Origin: Octopus sinensis
Lineage: Eukaryota
Direction of reading: 5' to 3'
Assembly: GCF_006345805.1 (NCBI RefSeq)
Contig: NC_042997.1
Span: 144,646,001 to 144,710,000, forward strand
DNA: 64,000 bases
Position 1 is the stretch's first letter; every line of letters begins with the position of its first letter. The notes beneath the pieces are model-generated. The model was not told the origin of the DNA. It saw nothing but the letters and a program-made list of their open reading frames with translations, and searched no databases. Position numbers and translations under genes: made by a program. This document shows positions 25,618-37,430 of the stretch, one piece after another.

Positions 25618-26310
25618 AGCATGGCTTAGTGGTTAGTGTTTTCTGTTCATGCTCATAAGGTTGTAAGTTTGATTCTCAGGGGTGTGCTTAAGGAAGGCAA
25701 TTCATTTCACATTGCTTCAGTCCACACAGCTGGTAAAAATGAGCAGTAACTGCAATTTGAAGGGCCAACCCTTTTATATTCTGTGCCACACTGAATCTCT
25801 TCCCTGAGAACTATGTTAAGGGTATGTGTTACTGTGTCAGCGAGCTGGCAGAATCGTTGGCACGCTGGGCGAAATGCGTAACCATATTTCGTCTGTCGTT
25901 ACGTTCTGAGTTCAAATCCCGCCGAGGACAACTTTGCCTTTCATCCTTTCAAGATCGATAAATTAAGTACCAGTTATGCACTGGGGTTGATGTAATCAAC
26001 TTAATCCGTTTGTCTGTCCTAGTTTGTTCTCTCTGTGTTTGGCCCCTTGTGGGTAATAAAGAAACATATACTGTGGTAAAAGACTCAAAAGGTGGCAAGC
26101 TGGCAGAATCGTTAGCACGCCGGGTGAAATGCTTAGCAGTATTTTGTCTGTCCTTGTTTGTTCTCTCTGTGTTTGGCCCCTTATGGGTAGTAAAGAAATA
26201 GGTATGTGTTACTGTGGAGTACACAGCCACTTGCATGTTAATTTCACAAGCCAGCTATTCCTTTGATCAGATGAACTGGAATGCTTGTTGCTGTAACCAA
26301 CAAAGTACAC
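25618..26310 (+). mobile_element. SINE family E interrupted by a dimeric family B insertion (25837-26200)
   Basis: tRNA-like head atggcttagtggttag...gtttgattctc; 16-bp TSD ggtatgtgttactgtg at 25821-25836 and 26201-26216. Confidence 0.75.
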
Positions 26311-26665
26311 AAGCGAAGTGGATCAAGCCATACCTTATGAATGAAATTGGATGAATGGAAACTATAGAGAAACTTATTGGAGTTGATTCTACTTGTAACT
26401 AAAAGGGTACAGCCGTGTCACAGAGGGTCATGCTAGTATTCTCTGAGAATTACATTGTGGGTACACTACATGTGTCTGAGAAACACTCAGCCACTTACAC
26501 ATTAATTCAGGAGTATATAATCTAGCAAATCAAACAAGAGATTCTTTCTTGTCAAATGATATAATTATGCAGTAAAAAGATTAAAAGAAAAACGATATAG
26601 TTTATGGCAAATATTAATCCTTGACTAATAAAAATTTAATTTTCTTTGCATTTACGAGAGACAAC

Positions 26666-26705
26666 TTCAGATATGTTTCAGCATAATTCTGACCTCATCA
26701 GTGAA
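26666..26705 (-). ncRNA. Degenerate hammerhead ribozyme motif (further PLE family)
   Basis: UUCA-CUGAUGA-GGUCA(GAAUUA)UGCU-GAAA-CAUA-UC^-UGAA. Stem I and core intact; stems II and III damaged. Confidence 0.45.
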
Positions 26706-27926
26706 ACACAACTCTCACTATAGCTGCTGAAGTAGTGATGAATGCATCTACCTTTGTAGGCGTAGAAATTAAAATTGTTTAGAGATTAATCAAATTAGAG
26801 ACACTAATGAATGAACAAGCTTATACATTTACTTATTGAATTCTTTCATCACTATTCTGGTATATAAGGTAAACACTGCTTATATTGATTCATATTGATT
26901 TTAGTCTTTTCAATAATCCTATTTAGCATTTCAACATTCTTTACATTAATTATATTAACACTAACTTACTAATTATTAAATTCATTTGACAATATTTTCT
27001 ATCGAAATATTGAGTGATATATCAGCACCGTATTGGCTGAGTTTCTTTCAAGTATTGGGCCTCGTGGAGGCAAAGTGGCTGAGCTCCTTTTGAGTGTTGG
27101 GCCTCACAGAGGCAATGACCAATACTTTTTGCATTATGTCACACTGGAGAAAAAGATACATCAAGCTGAGAAAAATCACAATCTTAACAGATATCGGTGT
27201 CGTGCAAATGGTACCCATGTCAGTGGCAGGTAAAAGCACCGATTAAACAATCAAAGTGGTTGGCGTTAGGAAGGCCATCCAGCTGTAGAAAACCATACCA
27301 AATCAGACTGGAGCCTGGTGCAGCCTTCCAGCGTGCTAGCTCAGTCAAACCATCCAACCCATGCCAGCATGGACAATGGACATTAAATGATGATGATGAT
27401 GATGACTGGTTTTTATCTTTTGTCTTTTGCTTGCTTCAGTCATTAGACAGTGGCCATGCTGGGGCACCACCTTGAAGAATTTTAGTCGAATGAATTGACT
27501 CCTGTACTTATTATTTTTTGCAAAGCCTGGTACATATTCTATTGGTTTCTTTTGCTGAACTGCTAAGTTACAAGGATGTAAACACACCAACACAAGTTGT
27601 CAAGCAGTGGTGGAGGAGCAAACACAGACATGAAAACACACATACACATGCGATGGACTTCTTTCAGTTTCCATCTGCTAAATTCTTTAGTTGGCTTGAG
27701 GCTGTAGTAGAAGACACTTGCCTAAAGTGCCATGCAGTGGGACTGAACCCAAAACCATGTAGTTGGGAAGCAACCTTCTTACAATGCAGTGAAGTGAGAA
27801 AATAGCTATTTATTCCATCAGTTAACAGCTGTTTCTAAGTTACATAAGTGTATGTACGTATGTATATAAATATAATTGTGCTGCAACATAATGAACAGAC
27901 TGCACTTCAGAACATTTAATAGCAGG

Positions 27927-27968
<42 letters not shown>

Positions 27969-27970
<2 letters not shown>

Positions 27971-29183
27971 GGGGTTAGGCAAAATAATTGAAGCATCATA
28001 GCATCATAATTTTGAAATATCTATAAAACTGTCAAAAGCTTGTTTATTTTTATGTTTTTTTTTATTTATTATTAGTGTTGCTTAGTATGTTTTGTTTAAA
28101 TTGCTATTTCTTCTCAGATATCATCAGAAAAAGGAAATTAAAATTCATGAAGATGACAGATCTATCGAACTTTCAAAGGGGTCAAATTGTTGGTGTTTGT
28201 AATGCAGGCACTAGCATTACGAAAAAGCTAAAATGTTTGGTAATGTTTGGTGTATCAAGAAGTACTGTCTCAAAAGTAATGACAGCCTTTGAGAAAGAGT
28301 GAAAAACTTCCTCGTTGAAACAAAACTCCAGAAGAAAGCAAAAACTTTCAGATAGGGACCATCGGGCTCTTATGTGAATTGTTAGAAAGGATCACAAAAG
28401 TACAGCTCCCAAAATTACTGCAGAGCTTAATGACCACCTTGAGAACCCAGTTTCCACAAAAACTGTTGGCTGAGAGCTGCACGAAACTGAATTTCACGGA
28501 AGGGCTGTACAGAATTGGTCCCGAGAGCAGTGGAAGAATGTTATTTTCTCAGACGAGTCATCCATTACCCTATTTCCAACCACCAGCCGAGTATACATGT
28601 AGAGACAGCCAAAAGAAGCATTTGACCCAGACTGCCTTCTCCCAACTGTTAAACATGGATGAGGATCTGTGATGATCTGGCGGGGGGTGGGGGCTATATC
28701 TTGGAAATCCACCGGCCCAATGGTTTCCCTTCAAGGCAGAATTAATAGTCAAAACTATTTAAGTATTTTATCTGATCAAATTCATCCTATGGTTGCAGAA
28801 CTGTTTCCAGAGAGAAACAATCTTTCAGGATGATAGTGCAGTAATTCACACAGCTAAAGTTGTTACAGAATGGCATGAGGAACATTCTAGGGAAGTTAAA
28901 TATCTTATCTTGCTACCACAGTACTCAGATTTCAGTATTATTGAACATTTATGGTGCATTTTAGAAAAACAAGTAAGGAGTCGATATCTCCACCATCATC
29001 ACTACAAGGACTGGAGACTGTCTTAGCTGAAGAATGGACAAAATGTCCTTTGGAAACAATTCAAACTTTGTAAGAGTCCATACCTTGTAGAATTCAAGCT
29101 GTAATTACTGCTAAAGGTGATCCTACCCCATATTAAAATAGATTTGTTTGAAATTTTAAGGTGTTTCCATTATTTTGTCCAAC

Positions 29184-29188
<5 letters not shown>
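27969..29188 (+). mobile_element. Tc1-family (DD34E-type) transposon relic, transposase pseudogene
   Basis: TIRs caggggttaggcaaaataattgaagcatc / ggtgtttccattattttgtccaaccccta, embedded in (TA)n. MTDLSNFQRGQIVG, WKNVIFSDES, VMIWRG, FQDDSAVIHTAK, SDFSIIEHLWCILE; frameshifted. Confidence 0.93.
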
Positions 29189-29226
<38 letters not shown>

Positions 29227-31039
29227 CACAAGGGGCTTCTTTCAGTTTCTGTCTACCAAATCTATTCACAAAGCTTTCATCAGCCCAAGGCAATAGTAGA
29301 AGACACTAGCCCAAAGTACCACATAGTGGGACTGAACCTGGAACAATATGGTTGGGAAGCAAACTTCTTACTACACAGCCACATCTATGGCATCCTAATG
29401 TTTCTGTCACAAGGAATTGTTGTCTTAGGGCACCTGTGCTAGATGCTGCAAAGTGAAACTGAATAAAAAATCACATAATCGCAAAGTGAAATTCTTAGCC
29501 ACAGTCTTCCCTGTGCATGTGTGCATGTGATTGCATGATGTATGTGCATGTGACATATGTGTGCATGCACATGTGTGATTGCATATTTGTGAAAAACACC
29601 ATTGATGATATATAAAAAAAAGGAAAAAGAAAAAGGAAATGATTGAAAGGGATTTCTTCTGCAAAGATCTCTTGAATGATTTACACTCTAAACAATGAAA
29701 CACACGTTTGAACAAAAACAAATCTGACAACGCATCCAGTTTACATTGACAAGCAATTGATTTGATCAAACTAATAGCTGATTAAACGAATGCTTGAACA
29801 ATGAGTAAAACAAGGATAGAATATTTATGAGAAATACAGCAATTCCGTTAGACATTTAACGTCTAGCAATGATCACAACACTATTAGTACATATGATTGA
29901 GTAAATGTACATTAGATATTTTTTGCTATTGAGACTAAACAGCATCAAAAGTAATTATGATATTTCTAGGGTACATTTAGTGGAGTTAGGTTCATTTTAT
30001 ACAAATATAAAATGGTCATTGGTGAATAATTTATTTGTGTTATGAAATATGATTTGACCATTTACAAATGCTTAGTTATTGATCACAGAAATCTAATGTT
30101 AAATTGATGGAAACAAACACAATGAAACATCAAATGCAGACTTCAAACTTATTCCAACTCCCATTTATTTTTATTTTTATTTATTCATAGCTGTTGTTAG
30201 TTTTTTTTAATATAATTTCATTTACATCTGCAATGCTTAATGGAAAATGTTAAATCAATCCCTTAGTACTTTGTTTGATAAATCCTTGTAGGATGAATGG
30301 TAATGTTGGTCTCGGTGAAATTTTGAACTCATAACAAACAGTCAGAACTAAATACTGCAGAGCATTGTATTTGATGCTAAGAATTCTACCATTTACAGCA
30401 TTCCATAATTTAGTATGGTGGTTCACAAAATTTGTTGTTCAGCACTTGCTTTTACCAAATATTGTTTGATAAATGCACCATGTTCTGTGTTTTGAACACA
30501 CACACATGGTTCTAATAAAGCAGAAGTTAATTTTGTGTTGTGGCTTATTATCCATGTTATCAAAGAATGGCTGTATGGTTGAGATGTTTGCTTCTCAGCC
30601 TCAAGGTTTCAGGTTCAATCTCAGAGTGTGATGCCTAGTCATATGTCTTCTACTATAGTGCCAGGCAATCCAAAGTTTTGTAAGTGAATTTTGTTAACGG
30701 AAACCTATACATGTATATGCATGTTAGTGTGTGTATGTCAGTGAGTGTCAGTGAGTGTGAGTGAATGTGTGCATGTCTGACTGTCTGTCTTCCTATGTTG
30801 ACATTGTTTAGTAATTATAAATGAATATCTTTCATTTCCAGTAGTCTGGCCGGGCAGAAACATTACACAGCTTGGTAACAGGTGAGGGTTGGTGACAGAA
30901 TGAGCACCAAGCCATAGAAAATCTGCATCAATAAACTGTCTGACCCATGCAAGCACAGAAAAGGGGACATCAAATATGATGATGATGATGTCTTATATTA
31001 TCCCATCTAACATGTAACTCTTTTTACATATTTGTTCAG

Positions 31040-31089
31040 ATTGGTCTCTTCCCCCACTGATCAAATTTTAAAAGAAATTATTAGAGGAG
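31040..31089 (+). CDS. Candidate internal exon (50 nt; xLVSSPTDQILKEIIRG)
   Basis: Acceptor tttttacatatttgttcag, donor GAG|gtgagg; one frame open. Lies on the opposite strand to the 16.5-kb and 22-kb candidates. Confidence 0.25.
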
Positions 31090-31359
31090 GTGAGGATTAA
31101 TATAATGCAGTTATATCAGATCTTGGAGCATCATCAGTCATATTTCCTCACAGATAATGCAAAAGCACAGATGTAGCATTCTTGTTGAGAAGTTTACTTC
31201 CTAACTACATGAGTTCAGCTTCAGTCCTACAAGATGGCACCTTGGGCAAGGGTTTTCTTCTACTGCAACCTTGGGCTAACAAAAGCCTTGTGCACTGATT
31301 TAGTAGATAAAAACTGAAAGAAGACTGTATGTATGTGAATGTATATAAATATATATATA

Positions 31360-31754
31360 CGAGCAAAACACCCACCGTCCAATAGATGGTGCTGAATTGT
31401 CAAACATTTAAACCAAATTTTCTCAAAACAGCTTGTCTGACCATCCCATTTTGTGGCATTATTTCAAGCCAGCCGTCTTTTTTTTGTGCAAACTGCATGT
31501 GCATTTTTTTACGTATGCATAGTATCAATCACAACAGCTGATGTACTCATACGTACAAATGCACTTTCCCACGGCTTTATCGATCGCATTCTCACCTGGA
31601 ATCGATTTTTGTAATTTTTCAAGACTTATACACGCTCTGATACCATCGGTATCTACATATCAAATTTGAGCGCAATCGGATGGAGGTTGCCTGAGATCCT
31701 AGAAGACATACACACACAGACAACTAGAATGGATTTTATATAATATATATATGA
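31360..31754 (-). mobile_element. Non-autonomous Helitron
   Basis: - strand A|TCatatatatattatataaaat 5' end; subterminal hairpin caccgtc-caata-gatggtg (31373-31391); CTCG|T 3' end (variant of CTAG|T); internal aaatttgagcgcaatcggatg. Confidence 0.65.
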
Positions 31755-32276
31755 TCATTCAAAAGAAAGTAATAAAATGGAGATATAACATTTAATAAAA
31801 ATTTATTAACTGCAAAAGTCAAACATAGTCCCTTACAGCAGTTTCAGTTAGGCCTAATAGATTAAATAGTAATTAATAAAATCATTATATTGCATGATGA
31901 TGATGATCATCATCATCATCATTTAACATCAGTTGTCCATGCTGGCACGGAATAGACAGTTTGACAAGAGCTGGCAAGCTGGGGAGCTGCACCAAATTCC
32001 AATCTGATTTGGCATGGTTTCTATGGCTGGATGCCCTACCAACGCCAACTACTTTACAATTTGTTGGATACTTTTAGGTGGCATATATATATGAAATCGG
32101 TGTGTTAATCCAACTATTGGATATTATTGCATACCACTGGTCACAATGCACTTCTTGTTGGCTTGGGGCACAGGCCAACAGTACCCTTGAATGAAATGCC
32201 TATTTACAGCTGGGTGGACTGGAGCTATGTGAAATGAAGTATGCATGAGTGTATGTGTATGCTGCTAAACATAACA

Positions 32277-32417
32277 GATAGCCTCTCAAATCTTCAGGCT
32301 GTACTCTGTTGCACAAGAGCAAATATTGATAGCTGGTGGACAGTGTAAACCAGTAGCATGTCAGTATTTGATCTTAAGCAATACAGTTTAGCCTGAAGAT
32401 TTGAGAGGTTACCTATC
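32277..32417. repeat. ~140-bp fold-back hairpin (MITE-like)
   Basis: Perfect 19-bp stem cctctcaaatcttcaggct (32282-32300) / agcctgaagatttgagagg (32390-32408), continuing imperfectly inward to a short loop. Confidence 0.8.
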
Positions 32418-32532
32418 CATTGTTTTGAAGTATCTTTTAAATGTTACATTCAAACCTACCTGTCTGTATGATGTTACAATGAAGTAAAATACCATAATGA
32501 AACAACTGAAGCAATATGGTATAATCTATCTA

Positions 32533-32638
<106 letters not shown>

Positions 32639-33660
32639 ACTTGTATTAAAATTTGTTTACATTTAGATTGTAATTTAAAAGCATCAAGAAATATGAAAAT
32701 AAGTTCCTTCTACATCTCTAATATATGAAAGTGACTTATTTTTCATATTTCTTAATGCTTTTAAATTACGATGTAATGTATAAAAAAAATTAATACTTGT
32801 TTTTTTTGTTTTTTGACACAGCATCTTGAATTCATAGAAAAGTATTAAAACTGTTTTAAAACTGAGATGGGTATATACAGTGCACTTTGCTGCAAATGAA
32901 TATACACGCACTACTGGGGTGCATTAAGAAAACATAATTGGCTCTCCTCAAACTCTCACATACTACCTGTGGATTATACTACTGATGTAGTGGGGATAAA
33001 AAATGTGTTCTCTAGATAAACAGACCAGCTAATGTAAGACTGACTAAATCAGCAGCTCCTAATGTGGATGTTAGCACCCTTTTAGGAGTGTTGTGAGCTT
33101 ACAAGGGGTAGCAAATGTCATGGGAATGCTATGAAAAGTGCTGCATACTTAGATGGGTTCTGATTTTCCTTAGAGATAAAAGTTTTAAATTAGGCAAAAT
33201 ATTTTAAACAAATTGGCAAGCTGAAAGAATTGCTAGCATAATAAAGGCACAGGTGTGGCTATGTGGTAAGAAGTTTGCTTCCCAACCACATGGTTCTGGG
33301 TTCAGTCTTGCTGCATGGCACCTTAGACAAGTGTTGTCTACTATAGCTTTGGGCTGAACAAAGCCTTGTGAGTGGATTTAGTAGATGGAAACTGAAACAA
33401 GCCTGTCGTATATGTGTGTGTGTCTTTGTTTGCTCCTCCCCTATCAGCACCGGACAACCTGTGTTGGTGTGTTTACAGGCATGTTTGGCAAAATAGATCG
33501 ATAGAATAAGTACGAGGCTTTAAAGACAAAAAAAGTACTGGGGTCAATTCATTCGACTAAAAATTCCTCAAGTGGTGCCCCAGCATGGCCACAGTAATGA
33601 CTGAAACAAGTAAAATGAAAATAAAAAAAAAGATAAATGACATGAAATAAAATGCTTATA

Positions 33661-34023
33661 GGCGCAGGAGTGGCTGTGTGGAAAGTAGCTTGCTTACCAA
33701 CCACATCGTTCCGGGTTCAGTCCCACTGCGTGTCACCTTGGGCAAGTGTCTTCTACTATAGCTTCAGGCCAACCAAAGCCTTGTGAGTGGATTTGGTAGA
33801 CAGAAACTAAAAGAAGCCCGTCGTATATATGTGTGTGTGTTTGTAACCCCAACATCGCTTGATGACCGATACTGGTGTGTTTATGTCCCTGTCACTTAGC
33901 AGTTTGGCAAAAGAGACCAATAAGTACTAGGCTTACAAAGAATAAGTGTCTTGGGGTCGATTTCTTCGACTAAAGGTGGTGCTCCAGCATGGGTGCAGTC
34001 AAATGACTGAAACAAGTAAAAGA
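33661..34023 (+). mobile_element. SINE family A, full-length representative (tRNA head, CORE-like segment, internal microsatellite); about 25-30 copies or fragments in the window
   Basis: ggagtggctgtgtgg (A-box), ccgggttcagtccc (B-box), caccttgggcaagtgtcttctactatagc (CORE-like), 3' ccagcatgg...cagtcaaatgactgaaacaagtaaaaga. Resembles the octopus tRNA-derived CORE-SINEs (OR-type); family identity not verified. Confidence 0.88.
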
Positions 34024-34404
34024 GCAAAAGAGAGAGTAAGAGAGTGGCATTTCATCCAGCTCTTTATATTCTGAGTTCAAATCCTCTGGTGGTCAGCTTT
34101 GCTTTTCAACCCTTCAGGGACGATAAAATAAAGTGCCAATCAAATACTGAAGTCAATGTAATTGACTTGACCCTCTCCCCTCAAAATTCTGGCATTGAAC
34201 ACTGCAACAAGCTAATATCTCATTCAGAGAAATGTGATCTCATTCTCTTTATACATCAGGGAAACCAGACAACTAATTTTGAATCCTAGCATTCCAGGTT
34301 CAATCCCACAGTGTGGCATCTCAGGCAAGTGTCTTCTCACCTTGTGCTGATTAAGGCATTGTGAATGGATTTGGTTGAAACTGAAAGAAGCCTGTCATAT
34401 ATAA

Positions 34405-34440
<36 letters not shown>

Positions 34441-34629
34441 TACCACCACTTGATAACTGATGTTGGTTTGTTTACATCCCCATAACTTAGCAGTGTGATG
34501 AAAGAGACTGACAGAATAGTACCAGGTTAAAAAGAAGTACTGTAGTCACTTCATTCAGCTAAAAATCCTCAAGGCAATACCTCAGCATGGCCGGAGTCTA
34601 ATAACTGGAACATGTAAAAGATAAAAGAA

Positions 34630-35081
34630 CCCTCTAGCATTCAAACCAGCCATATCAAGCACAAATATTCCGTCTGTTTTACGTTCAAACTGGCCAGATC
34701 CTGCCACTCACACCTACACTACAATGTCATTTTAAGACATAAATTATCACACCATCAAAATCCCGAAACTACAAGATAATGCATGATTAATTCAAAACAA
34801 TGTGAATAAATAAATATTCTTTTCTAGTCTAGGTACAAAGCCCGAAATTTTGGGGGAGGCGGCCAGTTGATTAGATCGACTCCAGTATGCAACTAGTACT
34901 TAATTTATTGATCTCAAAAGGATGAAAGGCAAAGTTGACCTTGGTGAAATTTTAACTCAGAACATAAGGAAGGACAAAATACCACTAAGCATTTCACCCG
35001 GCATGCTAATGTTTCTGCCAGCTAGCCACCTTGTGAATAAATAAATATTACAATTGACAGAGAGATTTGAATGCTAAAGGG
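34630..35081. mobile_element. piggyBac-like MITE split by a family B SINE (34819-35031, - strand)
   Basis: 18-bp TSD tgtgaataaataaatatt at 34801-34818 and 35032-35049. Confidence 0.8.
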
Positions 35082-35439
35082 AGATTTGGTTGCTATTTCC
35101 AGCAGGCTAACCCAACCACATAGAAGCTTTCTCATTGACTTATGGCCAAGTGGTATTTGTGGTTGATTGGTTGACCTTTTCTCAACCAAAGGATGAAGAG
35201 ATATCAAAAAAAAGCCCTTACAACCTTAGGCATGATATTTATTGGAAAAGCTAGATATCAGCCTTGTTGCCATGTTACTACCAACCAAACTTGCTTCCTG
35301 ATTACTGTCAGAAAAAAAGCAGTCTTGTGTAAAATATCTCTGCTAACAATTCATGCAAATAAACCAGTTTTTTTTTTCGTTGTATGCTTTTTTGAGAAAG
35401 CATCCAAATCATTCTACCATGGAAAGAAGAATTAGAAAG

Positions 35440-35444
<5 letters not shown>

Positions 35445-35475
<31 letters not shown>

Positions 35476-35521
35476 GCGTATTACTGTATCTATGTATTAC
35501 AGAGGATTTGCCATGGGTTGA

Positions 35522-35558
<37 letters not shown>

Positions 35559-35566
35559 TACATACA

Positions 35567-35649
<83 letters not shown>

Positions 35650-35690
35650 CATATACATACATACATGTGTGTGTGTGTGTGTATATATAT

Positions 35691-35731
<41 letters not shown>

Positions 35732-35749
35732 TATACATACATACATACA

Positions 35750-35792
<43 letters not shown>

Positions 35793-35875
35793 TATATACA
35801 TACATTATATACATACATACATATATATACTTAATACATGTGTGTGTGTATATATATATATATATAAGGAAGAAT
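35445..35875. repeat. Compound (TA)/(TG)/(TACA) microsatellite with higher-order periodicity
   Basis: About three iterations of a (TA)n-CACA-TATACATACATACA-(TG)n module. Confidence 0.9.
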
Positions 35876-37173
35876 GAGACAAAAATGTATCTAAAAATAC
35901 ATATATTTACATATATAAATATATATGTATATAAGTATCTGTTAGAAATAAATATGTGAATACATACTCACTCACACACACACACACACACACATGCATA
36001 CATACACACATCCATTTACAGATGTATGTATATGTACAAATATTGATATTTTTCTCTTTCTCTCCCATGTAAACTCACACATACACACATGAAACATAAT
36101 ACAAATTGGTGCCTGTCCAGATTCTTACATATTTTTAAAAGAGGATATATAGACTTGTCATATTTCATGAAACTCAAAGAAAATAAAAATAGGACTAACA
36201 AACAGACAGACAGGCAGGCAGGCTGACAGACAGACCAAGAACAGTAGCCTAATGGTCATTGTCTCAATGTTTTATTTCCTGCAGCAGCTTTTAGTTAGAT
36301 CTATCTGATAGATAGGCAGAGAGGAAAGTCATTTTAAGAGATAATTAATACATTTTATGAGAATATGGAATTGGGGTGTGTGTAGGGAGGAATCATCAAG
36401 GACAAAAAAAAAAAACATTGTGATTGTGTTAATGATAGTGAGTATGATGATAATAATGATGATGATGATGATAATGTCGATAATGATATTTTTACTTGAT
36501 AGATATAAGTCTGGGTATTTACTAAAATTCCATATCTGTCAGAGAAAAGTATGTTTAAAATAATATGCTTTATGAAGTGGTAGAATTTATACAGTGATAG
36601 ATAAGATGCCTTGTGGTATTAAAATTGTGTTGCTTTATAAATAAATATGGTAAGCAGCTTCTCACATGAGTAATATAGTGAGTCGAAAAACTTCCATTAA
36701 TTGTGGTTGGTCATTCAGTCACATATATACTCCCCCAATAATGCTTAAAATAGATAAATAAAAAAAGGAAGGGAGATAATTCTAGTGAAATCAAGTAACT
36801 GAAACTTGTGGAGAATTCATATGATGCAGATGCAAGAATATTTTGTGCTTATTGGGTTCAAAGCTAACTTGTGAAAATAACAGACATTTTCATCATTATT
36901 TATTATCATCATTACCATCATCATCATTTTATGTCTACTTTTGATGAGTTAGACAGGTCATCATGGTCTGAGTCATTTCTTACTCGGAGAAACTGCTCTC
37001 TCTGAGAAACCATATCCAGGCATGGGAAAATATTTTACATGAATACAGGTGAGAGGTGATGACAGTTAGAGCATCTGGTTGTAAAAAAATGTCTGATCCA
37101 TGCAAAACTTGGGAAAGTGGACATTAAAATGATTTATAATATCATCTTGTGTGTGTATGTGTGTGTGTGTGTA

Positions 37174-37430
37174 TGTTGGGCATGTGGAAGAGAGTGTAAT
37201 TCGGCAGGAGGACTTAAACAACATGCAAAGGTACATGAAGCCCAGTTACAACTACATCCGACTATTACCAGTAAAGGTTTTAGTTGCCAATTTTGTACAA
37301 TACATTGTAGATCTTTAGCTGGGCTAAAAAGTCACATTCGATCACAGCACCAGTAACAGTTAAGCTTCGTGCAATGGCCATACTCGATAACGAGGGGGCA
37401 GCCATAATAATGTATGTATGTATGTATGTA
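37174..37430 (+). mobile_element. 5'-truncated LINE 3' end (probably RTE clade) encoding two C2H2 zinc fingers
   Basis: CWAC-x12-H-x3-H and CQFC-x12-H-x4-H, then a stop, a ~50-nt 3' UTR and a (TGTA)n tail. No splice acceptor or true start upstream, only (TG)n. Confidence 0.6.

Noticed and set aside
26725-26775. Possible + strand hammerhead (gtgatga...gaaa)
   Set aside because: The first core base is wrong, stem II has mismatches, and there is no stem I or cleavage triplet.
35353-35959. Long Y/I/C/V/H/T-rich ORFs (also 6524-6724, 43118-43405, 46793-47338 and others)
   Set aside because: They are translations of TA/TG/CA microsatellites, which lack stop codons in most frames.
37117-37356. Host C2H2 zinc-finger gene
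   Set aside because: No TGEKP-type linker, no acceptor or real start, and a retroposon-like tail. Treated as a LINE 3' end.
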